Assembly: GCA_003220475.1 (NCBI GenBank)
Contig: QHSO01000001.1
Location: forward strand, 4,346-68,345
From: Candidatus Rokuibacteriota bacterium
GTDB taxonomy: Bacteria > Methylomirabilota > Methylomirabilia > Rokubacteriales > CSP1-6
Length of the DNA stretch: 64,000 bases
Direction of reading: 5' to 3'
Shown here: piece after piece, positions 19,146 through 29,268 of the stretch
Layout: every line of letters starts with the position of its first letter
How positions within the stretch are numbered: position 1 is the stretch's first letter
The notes under the pieces: model-generated
Told to the model about the DNA's origin: nothing
Database searches by the model: none
The model's input: only the letters and a program-made list of their open reading frames with translations
Position numbers and translations under genes: made by a program

Positions 19146-19904
19146 CTACTCGGCCGGCGGAAGCGCGTCGCCCAGGACGTACGGCGCGGCGGCGCGCCGG
19201 CGCACGCGCAGCCGTACCATCACCGGCAGGTGATCGGAGGCGACGCGTGCGAGGCGGCTTCGATGCACGTGAAAGGCCTCGCCCTCGAGCTCGACGTCCC
19301 AATAGATCCGGTCGAGCCGGAACAGCGGGAACATGGCGGGATGGGTCCGGCGCATACGCCGCATCGGCGACTTGAACTCCAGGCGAAGCCCGCGCGTGAC
19401 GGGTCCGCGGTGCCACTCGTTGAAGTCGCCCATCACGACGCGCGGGCCGCCGCACGAGCCGGCGCGGATGAAGCCCGCCAGCAGCTCGAGCTGCGCGCGC
19501 CGCTCGCGGAAGGCGAGCCCGAAGTGGCAGTTGAAGATGTGCAGCGTCACGTCGTCGACCGCGAGATCCACGCGTAGACAGCCGCGCGGCTCGCGCAGGC
19601 CGTGGCTGAGGTCGTGGCGGACGGAGCCGAGCACCGGCAGCCGCGTGAGGATCGCGTTGCCGTACGTGCCGGCGCCGTACGGGCGCGTCTCGCCCATCAC
19701 CAGCTCCATGCCGAGCTTGCTCGCCAGGTACGCCGCCTGATCCGCCATCGGCATGATGTTGCCGTCCTGACGGATGACCTCCTGCAGCCCGATGACGTCA
19801 GGGTTCATCTCGGCGATGACCACGCCGAGACGATCGAGATCGCGGCGGCGATCGAGACCCACACCACGATGGATGTTGTAGGAGGCGATGATGATCGGCG
19901 TCAC
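19146..19904 (-). CDS. Endonuclease/exonuclease/phosphatase-family protein
   Basis: ASYNIH, DVIGLQEV, GNAIL, GDFNEW, LDRIY, SDHLP. GTGA overlap with the upstream gene. Confidence 0.9.
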   Translation of the reverse strand: MTPIIIASYNIHRGVGLDRRRDLDRLGVVIAEMNPDVIGLQEVIRQDGNIMPMADQAAYLASKLGMELVMGETRPYGAGTYGNAILTRLPVLGSVRHDLSHGLREPRGCLRVDLAVDDVTLHIFNCHFGLAFRERRAQLELLAGFIRAGSCGGPRVVMGDFNEWHRGPVTRGLRLEFKSPMRRMRRTHPAMFPLFRLDRIYWDVELEGEAFHVHRSRLARVASDHLPVMVRLRVRRRAAAPYVLGDALPPAE

Positions 19905-21550
19905 GCCGCGGGCTCGCGCTCGACGTCCTCGACGTAGCGCACGAAGTGCGGATAGAGCTGGATGGGATGGTTGAGCGGCTCCGGCAACCGCACGCCGGGC
20001 GGCGCCACCACGAACGTGTGCAGCTCTTCCGGCGACGGTCCCGCGTGCGCGCCGGCTTCGGCGATGTACGACACGTGCCCGGAGGACGCATCGATGCCGT
20101 AGACGACGAGATCGCCGGCGCTGGGCATCGCCATGAGATCGGCGACGGCGGAGACGACCAGCGGCGCATCGGGGCGTGCCGCGAAGGGGCCGGGCTCGGC
20201 GAGGCTCAGACGGTAGCGTTTGCCGCGCCAGAAGCACACGGGACCGTCAGCACCACGCGTGAGGACATAGCCGACGCCCGGATGGCGCGAGAGATCCTCG
20301 GCCAGTCCGGGCCACCGCTCCTCGATCCGCTCGATGGACAGCGCCTCGGCGTGGTCGACGAAGTAGATGAACGCGTTCGGGCCGGCCGCGATGACGCGGA
20401 CGTTGTCGCGCTCGTGCGCCTCCTTCACCTCGCCGAGGATCCACGGAAAACCATCCTCGATGTAGTTGAAGAATCGCTGGAAGTACCCTGGCGCGCGGCC
20501 CATACGGAGGGCCTTGATGCCGCTGGCGAGGCGGTGGCGCCCGGCCGGACGCTCGGGACTGACGGGGCGGGCCCCGGCGGGTGTGAAGAAGTCCTCGAAG
20601 ATCACGCGCTCGAAGCGCCGCCCGCCGCTGAGCTGGCCGAAGGGCTTGGTCAGCGCCTGCCCGTGATCGGACAGGATATAAAGGTCGTACGCGTGCTCGG
20701 GCACGCGACGGCACACGCGCCAGATCTGCTTGATCGCGTCGTCGATGCGCCGCAGGCTGCGCAGCGCACGCGGATGCCGCGGCCCGTAGGCGTGCGAGAC
20801 GACGTCGTAGTCGAGATAGTTGACGTAGATCGACGGCACGCCGGCATAGACGTCACGCGCGACGGCGAGCGTGAAGAGCTCCCGCACCCAGACCGAGAGC
20901 CCGAGCTTGATGGCCAGCCACTTCCACCCGCGCGCCCACTCGCCCACCGGGTCGGCGAGCAGGCGCAGCACGGCGCGCGCGAGCTCGACGACGGTGATCA
21001 CCGTGCTCTTGAGCGCGACCCAGAGCAGCACGATGATGGCCGATAGCGCCGCGAGCAGGCCGCTGCCGCTCGGCCGCTTCATGATCGCGAACGTGAACAG
21101 GTTCTGCAGAGCGCCGCCGGTGAAAACGCAACCATAGCAGGCGCCGCCCTCGACGATGCCGCGACGACCGCTCGCCTGCGCGCGCTCCACGCGCGCGGCG
21201 TCGCCCGCGCGTGGGAAGTACACGTCCTCGCGCTGCCGCTTGTCGTGATAGTGGAAGCCGGGGATGTCCGGCCGCACGCCGTACATCGCGGCAAGCTGGA
21301 AGGAAGGCGTCGACGAAGGCAGACCGACGAACATCGGATGCACTCGCCAGCCGGCGCGCTCGATCACCCGGCGCAGGAACGGCATGCGCCTCTCCGCCAG
21401 CGCCTGCTCCAGCACGCCGCGCGAGAGTCCGTCGATCTGGACGACGAGCAGGCGGCGGCGTCCCGGGGTAGGCGCACGTCCGCGCCGGGCGCGCCGAACG
21501 AGGCGATCGACGAAACGCTGGAGGGCGAGCACCAGGTCGTCGAGAGGCAT
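19901..21550 (-). CDS. Alkaline-phosphatase-superfamily protein with a membrane segment
   Basis: VQIDGLS, PSSTP, DYDVVSH..GP, LSDHGQ, GAHAG. Confidence 0.85.
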   Translation of the reverse strand: MPLDDLVLALQRFVDRLVRRARRGRAPTPGRRRLLVVQIDGLSRGVLEQALAERRMPFLRRVIERAGWRVHPMFVGLPSSTPSFQLAAMYGVRPDIPGFHYHDKRQREDVYFPRAGDAARVERAQASGRRGIVEGGACYGCVFTGGALQNLFTFAIMKRPSGSGLLAALSAIIVLLWVALKSTVITVVELARAVLRLLADPVGEWARGWKWLAIKLGLSVWVRELFTLAVARDVYAGVPSIYVNYLDYDVVSHAYGPRHPRALRSLRRIDDAIKQIWRVCRRVPEHAYDLYILSDHGQALTKPFGQLSGGRRFERVIFEDFFTPAGARPVSPERPAGRHRLASGIKALRMGRAPGYFQRFFNYIEDGFPWILGEVKEAHERDNVRVIAAGPNAFIYFVDHAEALSIERIEERWPGLAEDLSRHPGVGYVLTRGADGPVCFWRGKRYRLSLAEPGPFAARPDAPLVVSAVADLMAMPSAGDLVVYGIDASSGHVSYIAEAGAHAGPSPEELHTFVVAPPGVRLPEPLNHPIQLYPHFVRYVEDVEREPAA

Positions 21551-21578
21551 CGGATTTCATTGTACTATCGCATCCGCG

Positions 21579-23702
21579 ATGGACCTCCACCCGAACGTCG
21601 TCGCCGCCGTGCGGCGGTTCGTCGAGGAGGCTGTGCGGCCCGCCGCGCCCGAGCTCGAGCACGCCGACACGTACCCGCACGCCCTGGTCGACCGGATGCG
21701 GGCCCTCGGCCTGTTCGGCGCGCTGGTGCCGCGCGAGTACGGCGGTCTCGGCCTCGACGTCACGACGTACGCCCGCGTGATCGAGGAGCTGTGCCGGGGC
21801 TGGATGTCCCTCGCCGGCGTCATCAACAGCCACACGATGGCCGCGCTGATCGTGCTGTATCACGGCACCGAGGCCCAGCGCCGCCGGCTGCTGCCGCGCT
21901 TCGCCACCGGCGAGGCGCGCGGCGGTCTGTGCCTCACCGAGCCGCACGCGGGCTCGGACGTGCAGGCGATTCGCACGCGGGCGATCCAGCGCGGCGAGAC
22001 CTACGTGATCACCGGCACGAAGATGTTCGTGACCAACGGTCGCGAGGGCAACACGTTCGCGCTGCTGGCCGTCACCGATCCCTTCGCCCAGCCGCGCCAC
22101 CGCGGCATGTCGTGCTTCATCATCGAGAAGGGCGCGCCCGGCCTCGCCGTTGTGAAGTCGATCGGCAAGCTCGGCTACAAGGGCGTCGACACCGCGGAGT
22201 TGGTTTTCGAGGACTTCCCCTGCTCGGCCGCGAATCTCGTCGGCGGCGTCGAGGGACGCGGCTTCGGCCAGGTCATGAGCGGTCTCGAGGCGGGGCGGAT
22301 CAACATCGCGGCACGCGCGGTCGGCGTCGCGCGCGCCGCGTACGAGGAAGCCGCCGCGTGCCGGGCCGGCGCGGCGCGCCTCGAGGACATGGCGGCCCGC
22401 GTGGACGCCGCGCGTCTGCTGACGTATTGGGCGGCGGGCATGAAGGATCGCGCCGAGCGCTGCGACCTCGAAGCCGGCATGGCGAAGCTCTTCGCCTCCG
22501 AAACGGCGCAGGAGGTCGCCCTCGACGCGGTCCGCCTCTGCGGAACCTCCACCGCGATGCTCATCGAGCGCTGCTATCGCGACGCGCCGCTGATGATCAT
22601 CGGCGAGGGCACCAACGAGATCCAGCGCACGATCATCGCGCGCCAGCTCGTCGAGCGGCACGGCGAGCGCGGCGGCGCGCTCGTCTCGCGCGAGGGCGAG
22701 CCCGAGGAGCGCCGGCAGATGCTGCTCGCGGTGCGCCAGGTCGTCGACAAGAGCGTGGCGCCGGTGGCCGCCGAGCACGATCGCGCCGGCGACATCCCGG
22801 ACGAGATCGTCGCCCAACTGGCCGATCTCGGCGTGTTCGCCGCGCTGGTCCCGGCCGCGCACGGCGGTCTCGGACTGGACCCCGCGACGTGGACGATGAT
22901 GATCGAGGAAGTCGCGCGCGTGTGGGCGGCGCCGGCGCTGCTGGCCGTCGAGCAGGGCGCCGTGGCGTATGGCCTCGGCCTCGCGGGTGGCGAGAGCGCA
23001 CGTCAGCTGAGCGCGCTCGCGCGCGCGGAGACGCTCGCCGCCGTCGTGCCGTTGCCCGAGGCGCTCGTCCGGTACGAGGACTCCGCGTGCGTGCTCGACG
23101 GCACCACGCCGCCCATCGCTCACGCTCGACGCGCCGGGCTCCTGGCCCTGGCGCTCGCGGACGGCAGCGCGTGGTGGCTCGTGCCCGCGTCGATGACCGG
23201 CGTCACGCTCGTGGCCGCCGCGGCCGATCTGGGGCTGCGCGGCGCCCCGCCGGCGGCGGTGGCCCTGCGCGGCGTGCGGCTGCCCGTCTCGCGTCCCTCG
23301 GTATCGGCGCCATCCCTGCTCGCCGTGATGGACCTCGGCGTCGGCGCAGTCGCGGTGGGCCTGGGCCAGGCCGCCTTCGAAGCGGCGCTGCGCTACTCGC
23401 AGCAGCGCACCACGTTCGGCAAGGCAATCTGTCAGCACCAGGCCGTGCAGCTCAAGCTCGCCGACATGGCGACGCGGCTCACCGCCGCGCGCCTGCTGGT
23501 CTGTGACACGGCCACGCTGGCGAGCGACGGTCACACGGCGGCGCGCCGCGCGCGGAGCTTCGCGGTCGACGCCGCGATCGGCGTCACGCTCGAGTCCATG
23601 CGCATCCACGGCGGCTATGGCTACACGACGGAGTTCGCCGTCGAGCGCTATTACCGCGACGCGGCCGCGCTGCTGAGCGCGCCGGCGCGCGCCACCGGCT
23701 GA
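21579..23702 (+). CDS. Tandem two-domain acyl-CoA dehydrogenase
   Basis: Domain 1: CLTEPHAGSD, GTKMFVTNG, GEGTNEIQR. Domain 2: RTTFGKAICQHQAVQLKLADM, IHGGYGY...ERYYRD. Confidence 0.88.
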   Translation: MDLHPNVVAAVRRFVEEAVRPAAPELEHADTYPHALVDRMRALGLFGALVPREYGGLGLDVTTYARVIEELCRGWMSLAGVINSHTMAALIVLYHGTEAQRRRLLPRFATGEARGGLCLTEPHAGSDVQAIRTRAIQRGETYVITGTKMFVTNGREGNTFALLAVTDPFAQPRHRGMSCFIIEKGAPGLAVVKSIGKLGYKGVDTAELVFEDFPCSAANLVGGVEGRGFGQVMSGLEAGRINIAARAVGVARAAYEEAAACRAGAARLEDMAARVDAARLLTYWAAGMKDRAERCDLEAGMAKLFASETAQEVALDAVRLCGTSTAMLIERCYRDAPLMIIGEGTNEIQRTIIARQLVERHGERGGALVSREGEPEERRQMLLAVRQVVDKSVAPVAAEHDRAGDIPDEIVAQLADLGVFAALVPAAHGGLGLDPATWTMMIEEVARVWAAPALLAVEQGAVAYGLGLAGGESARQLSALARAETLAAVVPLPEALVRYEDSACVLDGTTPPIAHARRAGLLALALADGSAWWLVPASMTGVTLVAAAADLGLRGAPPAAVALRGVRLPVSRPSVSAPSLLAVMDLGVGAVAVGLGQAAFEAALRYSQQRTTFGKAICQHQAVQLKLADMATRLTAARLLVCDTATLASDGHTAARRARSFAVDAAIGVTLESMRIHGGYGYTTEFAVERYYRDAAALLSAPARATG

Positions 23703-24190
23703 TGCCCTACGGGCGGTACTTCGAAGAGTTCAAGGTCGGCGAGGTCATCAAGCACTGGCCCGGCCGCACCATCAACGAGGCGGACTGCACATGGTTCGCG
23801 CTGCTGACGATGAATCAGCATCCGATCCACAACGACGCGCACTATGCGGCAACGCAGACCCAGCACGGCCAGCGGCTCGTGCTCGGCCCGCTCGTGTTCT
23901 CGATCGGCATCGGCATGACCGTGGCCGACGTCTCCGGGAAGGCCATCGCCAACCTCGAGATCGAGAAGATCATCCACGAGGCGCCGACCTTCATCGGCGA
24001 CACACTCTATTCCGAGTCCACCGTGCTCGCCACGCGCGACTCCTCACGCGGCGACCGCGGGACGGTCACCGTCGAGACGCGCGTGCGCAATCAGCGCGGC
24101 GAGCGCGTGATGACGTTCACGCGGACGGCGCTCATCCCCAAGCGCAATCACGCCACCCTGGGAGAGCAAGCGCAGCCGGGACCATCGTGA
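23702..24190 (+). CDS. MaoC-family dehydratase
   Basis: GRYFEEF.VG, GRTINEAD, TMNQHPIHND, PTFIGDTL. Confidence 0.9.
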   Translation: MPYGRYFEEFKVGEVIKHWPGRTINEADCTWFALLTMNQHPIHNDAHYAATQTQHGQRLVLGPLVFSIGIGMTVADVSGKAIANLEIEKIIHEAPTFIGDTLYSESTVLATRDSSRGDRGTVTVETRVRNQRGERVMTFTRTALIPKRNHATLGEQAQPGPS

Positions 24191-25386
24191 ACAGGCCACC
24201 TCCGTTACAGAATCTGCGCATCCTCGCCGTCTCGCAGTTCGGTGCCGGCCCGTTCGGCACCCAGTTCCTGGCCGACCTCGGCGCGGAGATCATCAAGATC
24301 GAGGATCCCGCCGTCGGCGGCGACGTCGCTCGCCACGTCGGTCCCTACGCCGCCGACGGCGATTCGCTCTATTTCCAGTCGTTCAACCGCGGCACGAGGT
24401 CGATCACGCTCGACCTCAAGCATCCGCAAGGTTTCGCGGTGCTGCGCGACCTCGCCCGCGTCTCGCACGCCGTGTACAACAACCTGCGCGGCGACCTGCC
24501 CGAGACGCTCGGCCTCACGTACGCGGCGCTCAAGGACGCCAACCCCGCGCTGGTGTGCTGCTCGCTCTCGGGCTACGGCCGGACCGGACCACGCGCGGCG
24601 GAGCCGGCCTTCGACTACCTGATCCAGGGCTACGCCGGCTGGATGTCGGTGACCGGCGAGCCCGACGGGCCGCCGGGCAAGTGCGGCGTCTCGGTCGTGG
24701 ACTTCGCGGCCGGCTACGCGTCCATGGCGGCGATGCTCGCGGGACTCTGGGACGCGCAGCGCACCGGCGTGGGGCGCGACATCGAGCTGTCGCTGCTCGA
24801 CACGGCGGTCAGCATGCTCTCCTACTATGCGATCTGGGCGCTGAACCGCGACTGGGAGCCCGCGCGCGTCGAGGACTCCGGGCATCAATCGCTCGTGCCC
24901 GCCCAGAACTTTCCCACCCGCGACGGCTGGATCGTCGTCTTCTGCAACAAGGAGAAGTTCTGGACGAGCCTGATCGAGGCGATGGAGCTGCCGGAGGTCG
25001 CGCGCGATCCGCGCTTCGCGACGTTTGCCGACCGATCGGTGCACAAGGCGGCGCTCGTGCCGATCCTCGGCGCCCGCTTCGCCGAGCGGCCGACGGCGGA
25101 ATGGCTCGCGCGCCTGCGCGGCCGAGTGCCGTGCGCGCCGGTGAACACGATCGCGCAGGCCCTCGCCGACGAGCAGGTCGCCGCGCGCGACATGATCGTG
25201 GAGGTCAAGCACCCGCGCTTCGGCGTGCTGCGCGAAGTCGGCACGCCGGTGAAGACCGAGGGCGCCGTGGCGAATCTGAGCCCGGCACCCGCGCTGGGAC
25301 AGCACACCGACGAGATCCTCGGCGCGCTGTTGCACTACGACGCCGGCCGCATCGCCGCCCTGCGTGCATCGGGCGCGTTGGGCTGA
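24187..25386 (+). CDS. CaiB/BaiF family III CoA-transferase
   Basis: AGPFGTQFLADLGAEIIKIE, NRGTRSITLDLK, SGYGRTGP, PALGQHTDEIL. Confidence 0.93.
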   Translation: MNRPPPLQNLRILAVSQFGAGPFGTQFLADLGAEIIKIEDPAVGGDVARHVGPYAADGDSLYFQSFNRGTRSITLDLKHPQGFAVLRDLARVSHAVYNNLRGDLPETLGLTYAALKDANPALVCCSLSGYGRTGPRAAEPAFDYLIQGYAGWMSVTGEPDGPPGKCGVSVVDFAAGYASMAAMLAGLWDAQRTGVGRDIELSLLDTAVSMLSYYAIWALNRDWEPARVEDSGHQSLVPAQNFPTRDGWIVVFCNKEKFWTSLIEAMELPEVARDPRFATFADRSVHKAALVPILGARFAERPTAEWLARLRGRVPCAPVNTIAQALADEQVAARDMIVEVKHPRFGVLREVGTPVKTEGAVANLSPAPALGQHTDEILGALLHYDAGRIAALRASGALG

Positions 25387-25446
25387 GACGTTCGCCGCCC
25401 CGGCCTGCCGGCTGCGCCGGCTTGCCCGCTCACTTAAACTTCCCGT

Positions 25447-25734
25447 ATGCCGGAGCGGACGCTTACGGCGCCCGAAGTCGAGGACGCCACCGACGCGGAG
25501 GTGGCTCCGCCGTGGATGACGATCCTGCACAACTGCGACTGTCACACCTTCGAGCAGGTCGTGAAACAGTTACAGAAGGCGATCGCCTGCAGCGAGAGCG
25601 AGGGCTGGGAGATCGCCTGGCAAGTGCACAACACCGGCAAGGCGGTCGTGAAGATCGGGCCCGAGAAGGAGTGCGTGCGCGTCGGCAACATCCTGGCCGC
25701 GATCGGCCTCGTCGTGACCGTCGTCCAGTCCTGA
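25447..25734 (+). CDS. clpS: ATP-dependent Clp protease adaptor ClpS
   Basis: ILHNCDCHTFEQVV..L, AWQVHNTGKAVV. Confidence 0.85.
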   Translation: MPERTLTAPEVEDATDAEVAPPWMTILHNCDCHTFEQVVKQLQKAIACSESEGWEIAWQVHNTGKAVVKIGPEKECVRVGNILAAIGLVVTVVQS

Positions 25735-25752
25735 GCGTTTCGCGCTCGGCCG

Positions 25753-27303
25753 CTACATCACCGGCCCGATGATCCAGGGCGCGAACTCTTCCTCGCCCAC
25801 GCCGCTGAGCTCGCTCTTCGTCCGCTTGCCCGACGCCGCCGCGACGATCTCCTCGAAGATCTGACGGCCGACGACCGGCAGCGGAGTGCCCTCGAGAATC
25901 ACGCCGCAGTTGATGTCCATGTCCTCCGCCATGTGCCGGTACATGAGGGAGTTGGTCGCGAGCTTGATCGACGGCACGGGCTTGCAGCCGAACACCGAGC
26001 CGCGGCCGGTCGTGAAGCAGATCAGATTGCAGCCGCCGGCGACGAGGCCGGTGATCGACACCGGGTCGTGGCCTGGCGTGTCCATGAAGACGAAGCCGCG
26101 GGTCGTGATGGGCTCACCGTACTGGAAGACGTCCATCATCGGCGTCGTCCCGCCCTTGGTGACGCCGCCCAGCGATTTCTCGAAGACCGTCGTGATGCCT
26201 CCCGCCTTGTTGCCGGGCGCCGGATTGTTGTCCATCGCCTCGATGCCGCGGCAGTACCACTCCCACCACTTGTAGCGGTCGATGAGCTTCTTGGCGACGC
26301 CCTCGTTGATGGCCCGTCGGATCAGCAGGTGCTCGGCCCCGTAGATCTCCGGCGTCTCGGCGAGCACGCCGGTGCCGCCGTAACGGACGAGCTCGTCCAC
26401 GGCCCAGCCGAGCGCCGGGTTAGCCGTCATGCCGGAGTTGGCGTCGGAGCCGCCGCAATTGGTGGCCAGGCAGATCTCCGACACCGGCTGCTTCGTGCGC
26501 TTGACGTCGTTGGCAACCGGCAGCAGGCGGGCGACCTCGGCCGCTGCACGCTCGACGGTCTTTCGGATGCCGCCCGCCTCCTGGATGTTGACCAGGTACG
26601 GCTTGCGCTCGGGGTGCCCCGGCACGGACATTTTCTGGCGCTCGACCATCACGGCGGCCTGGTTCACCTCGCAGCCGAGGCCGATCAGGATGTAGGCGGC
26701 GACGTTGGGATGCTTGGCGTAGCCCGCGAGCACGCGCTGCAGTGCCAGATGGTCCTCGCCGAACAGCTTGGTGCCGCAGCCGGACTTGTGCGTGATGGCC
26801 AGGACCCCGTCGATGTTCGGGTAGTCGCGCGAGACGTCGCGGAACTTGTCCTTCACGAACTGGCTCACGCTGGCCGAGCAGTTGACGCCCGAGATGATCG
26901 CCACGTAGTTTCGGGTGCCCACCCGGCCGTCCTCGCGCAGATAGCCGTCGAAGTGACGCATCTTTTCGCGCGGATAGAACTCCACCGGCGTGACGTCGAC
27001 GCCCACCTCGTAGCGGTCGGCGGCAAGCTCGCCGATGTCCAGGTTCTGGGTGTGCACGTGCTCGCCGACCGCGATGTCCTGGGTCGCGAAGCCGATCACC
27101 TGGCCATAGCGTCGTACCGGCTCGCCTCGGCGGACGGCGTGCCGAGCGATCTTGTGACCGGGCTTGATGTCCTGGCGCGCCTCGATGCGGGTGCCGGCGT
27201 CGGCGAAGATGGCGCCTTTGTCGAGGGGGGCCTTGGCAACGGCGACGTCGTCTTCGGGCTTGAGCACGATCGCGCGGTCGGTCAGCGGCATGATGGTAGC
27301 CAT
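25753..27303 (-). CDS. UxaA/GarD-family (altronate/galactarate) dehydratase
   Basis: SAF domain GHKIA...RYGQVIG...HVHTQN; GTRNY, CGGSD, EKSLGG, FTTGRGS. Confidence 0.92.
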   Translation of the reverse strand: MATIMPLTDRAIVLKPEDDVAVAKAPLDKGAIFADAGTRIEARQDIKPGHKIARHAVRRGEPVRRYGQVIGFATQDIAVGEHVHTQNLDIGELAADRYEVGVDVTPVEFYPREKMRHFDGYLREDGRVGTRNYVAIISGVNCSASVSQFVKDKFRDVSRDYPNIDGVLAITHKSGCGTKLFGEDHLALQRVLAGYAKHPNVAAYILIGLGCEVNQAAVMVERQKMSVPGHPERKPYLVNIQEAGGIRKTVERAAAEVARLLPVANDVKRTKQPVSEICLATNCGGSDANSGMTANPALGWAVDELVRYGGTGVLAETPEIYGAEHLLIRRAINEGVAKKLIDRYKWWEWYCRGIEAMDNNPAPGNKAGGITTVFEKSLGGVTKGGTTPMMDVFQYGEPITTRGFVFMDTPGHDPVSITGLVAGGCNLICFTTGRGSVFGCKPVPSIKLATNSLMYRHMAEDMDINCGVILEGTPLPVVGRQIFEEIVAAASGKRTKSELSGVGEEEFAPWIIGPVM

Positions 27304-27363
27304 GAGGTTCAAAATATACTCCCGTGCGTCGGGCCCCGAAGGCCTGCTATAGTCGGGAAGCTG

Positions 27364-28302
27364 ATGACAATCCGTCGAGTCATTTTGGCCGTAGACGACG
27401 ACCCTCGCGTGCTCGACGCTTACCAGGCAATTCTCGAACGTCGTTACGACGTCCTCACCGCTCCCGACGGACGCGCCGCGCTCGAGATCCTCCAGCAGCG
27501 CACCGTGGACCTGGTGCTGCTCGACATGCTCATGCCCGGCCTCAACGGCCTCGGCGTGCTCGAGGCGATGAAACGGCTGAGCATCGAGACGAACGTCGTG
27601 ATGGTGAGCGGCCTGAACGACACGCTGTCGGCCCTCGAAGCGCTGCGGCTGGGCGCGAGCGACTATCTCAGCAAGCCGTTCGATGTGGGCCATCTGTATC
27701 AGGTGATTCGCCGGCTGACCGAGGACCCCGACGCGAGCGAGGCCCCCGGCCGCTCGCGCGCGCTTCCGCACGCGCTGATCGTGACCGAGGACGCCGGCCT
27801 GCGGGCGGGCCTGGCGGTTGCGCTACGCACGCGTGGTCGTGTCGACGCGGTCGCCGACACGAACGCCGCGCTGTCCGTGCTGCAACGCACGCGGCCCGAC
27901 GTCGTGATCGTCTCCGACGAGACGGTGGCCGCCGAGATCGGCACGCACGGGAGTGTGGTACCCATCGTGCTGATCGCCGCCCGGCGCGCCGACTTCGAGG
28001 CCCCGCTGCGGGCGATCATCGATGCGCTCGGTGCGCGCCACGCCGACGTGCGGCCGTTCACCGGTCCGGTGCCGCGCGTGCTCGCGTACGTCGCCGCGCA
28101 GCGCGGCCGCACGTGCGTCGAGACCGTGGCCGCGACCGTCGGCGTCTCCCCGAGACATCTGGCGTGCATCTTCGCGGAGCAGATGGAGATGACGGTCACG
28201 GAATACGTGACGCACGTCAGGCTCGAAGCCGCGCGGCCGCGCCTGGCCAAGATGCTGCGGCGCGAGGTGTTCAGCGTGGCCGCGTCGTACCGCGCTCAGT
28301 AG
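27364..28302 (+). CDS. Response regulator (REC, degenerate REC, partial AraC-type HTH)
   Basis: ILAVDDD, LLDMLMPGLNG, DYLSKPF; C-terminal VAATVGVSPRHLACIF...YVTHVRLEAA. Confidence 0.8.
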   Translation: MTIRRVILAVDDDPRVLDAYQAILERRYDVLTAPDGRAALEILQQRTVDLVLLDMLMPGLNGLGVLEAMKRLSIETNVVMVSGLNDTLSALEALRLGASDYLSKPFDVGHLYQVIRRLTEDPDASEAPGRSRALPHALIVTEDAGLRAGLAVALRTRGRVDAVADTNAALSVLQRTRPDVVIVSDETVAAEIGTHGSVVPIVLIAARRADFEAPLRAIIDALGARHADVRPFTGPVPRVLAYVAAQRGRTCVETVAATVGVSPRHLACIFAEQMEMTVTEYVTHVRLEAARPRLAKMLRREVFSVAASYRAQ

Positions 28303-28311
28303 CTCTCCGCC

Positions 28312-29217
28312 TCAGCCCTCCGGCGACTTGATCTGCAGCACTTCCGGCGGCGCCGTTTCCAGCTGGATCGTCGTGTGGTCGATCCCGAACCTCGCGTGCA
28401 GCACCGCGTGCAGCGAATCGAGCAGGCGCTCGCTCTCGCGAACGTCGTCGACGACGACGTGGGCGCTCATCGCCTCGCGGCCGGAGGTCAGCGTCCAGAC
28501 GTGCAGGTCGTGTACCCGGCGAACGCCCGGAACCCGAGTGATCGCCTCCTCGATCTCCGTGAGCGACAGATGCGCCGGCGTTCCTTCGAGCAGCACGTTG
28601 ACCGCCTGCCGCAGCAGCCGCCACGTTCGCGGCAAGATCAGCAGCACGATGAGCGCGCTCGCCAGCGGATCGGCGCTCGTCCACCCGGTCGCGATCACGA
28701 TGCCGGCGGCGACCAACGCCGCCAGCGACGAGAGCGCGTCGCCGAGCACTTCGAGATAGGCCGCGCGCACGGTCAGGCTCTCGCTCGCGCCCTGGTGCAG
28801 GAGCCACGCGGCGAGGAGGTTGACGCCGAGCCCCAGCGCGGCCACCGCCGCCATCGGCGCCGCCAACACCGTGGACGGAACGTTCAGGCGATGCCACGCC
28901 TCGACGACGATCGAGCCGGCGACGGCGAAGAGCAACAGCGCATTGGCGAGCGCGGCCAGGATCTCGGCGCGGTAGTAGCCGTAGGTTTTCTCGGGCGTCG
29001 GCGGCCGGGCGGCAAGCCAGGTGGCGATCAGCGCCAGGCCGAGCGCGGTCGCGTCAGTGAGCATGTGACCGGCGTCGGCGAGTAGCGCGAGGCTTCCCGT
29101 CCACAGCCCGGCGACGAATTCGACGACCATCGTGGTGCCGGTCAGGGCGAGCGTGACGAGCAACACGGGCCGCGAGCGCGCGGCGGCGGTGCTGCGATCG
29201 TGGCCGTGCGCGACCAT
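28312..29217 (-). CDS. Cation diffusion facilitator (CzcD/ZitB-like)
   Basis: SLALLADAGHMLTD, TYGYYRAEILAA, VHDLHVWTLTSG, HTTIQLE. Confidence 0.93.
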   Translation of the reverse strand: MVAHGHDRSTAAARSRPVLLVTLALTGTTMVVEFVAGLWTGSLALLADAGHMLTDATALGLALIATWLAARPPTPEKTYGYYRAEILAALANALLLFAVAGSIVVEAWHRLNVPSTVLAAPMAAVAALGLGVNLLAAWLLHQGASESLTVRAAYLEVLGDALSSLAALVAAGIVIATGWTSADPLASALIVLLILPRTWRLLRQAVNVLLEGTPAHLSLTEIEEAITRVPGVRRVHDLHVWTLTSGREAMSAHVVVDDVRESERLLDSLHAVLHARFGIDHTTIQLETAPPEVLQIKSPEG

Positions 29218-29268
29218 CGGCGGGATCGTATCAAGCCCTCGCCGCGGTCGGATGATAGAATCCGCGCC

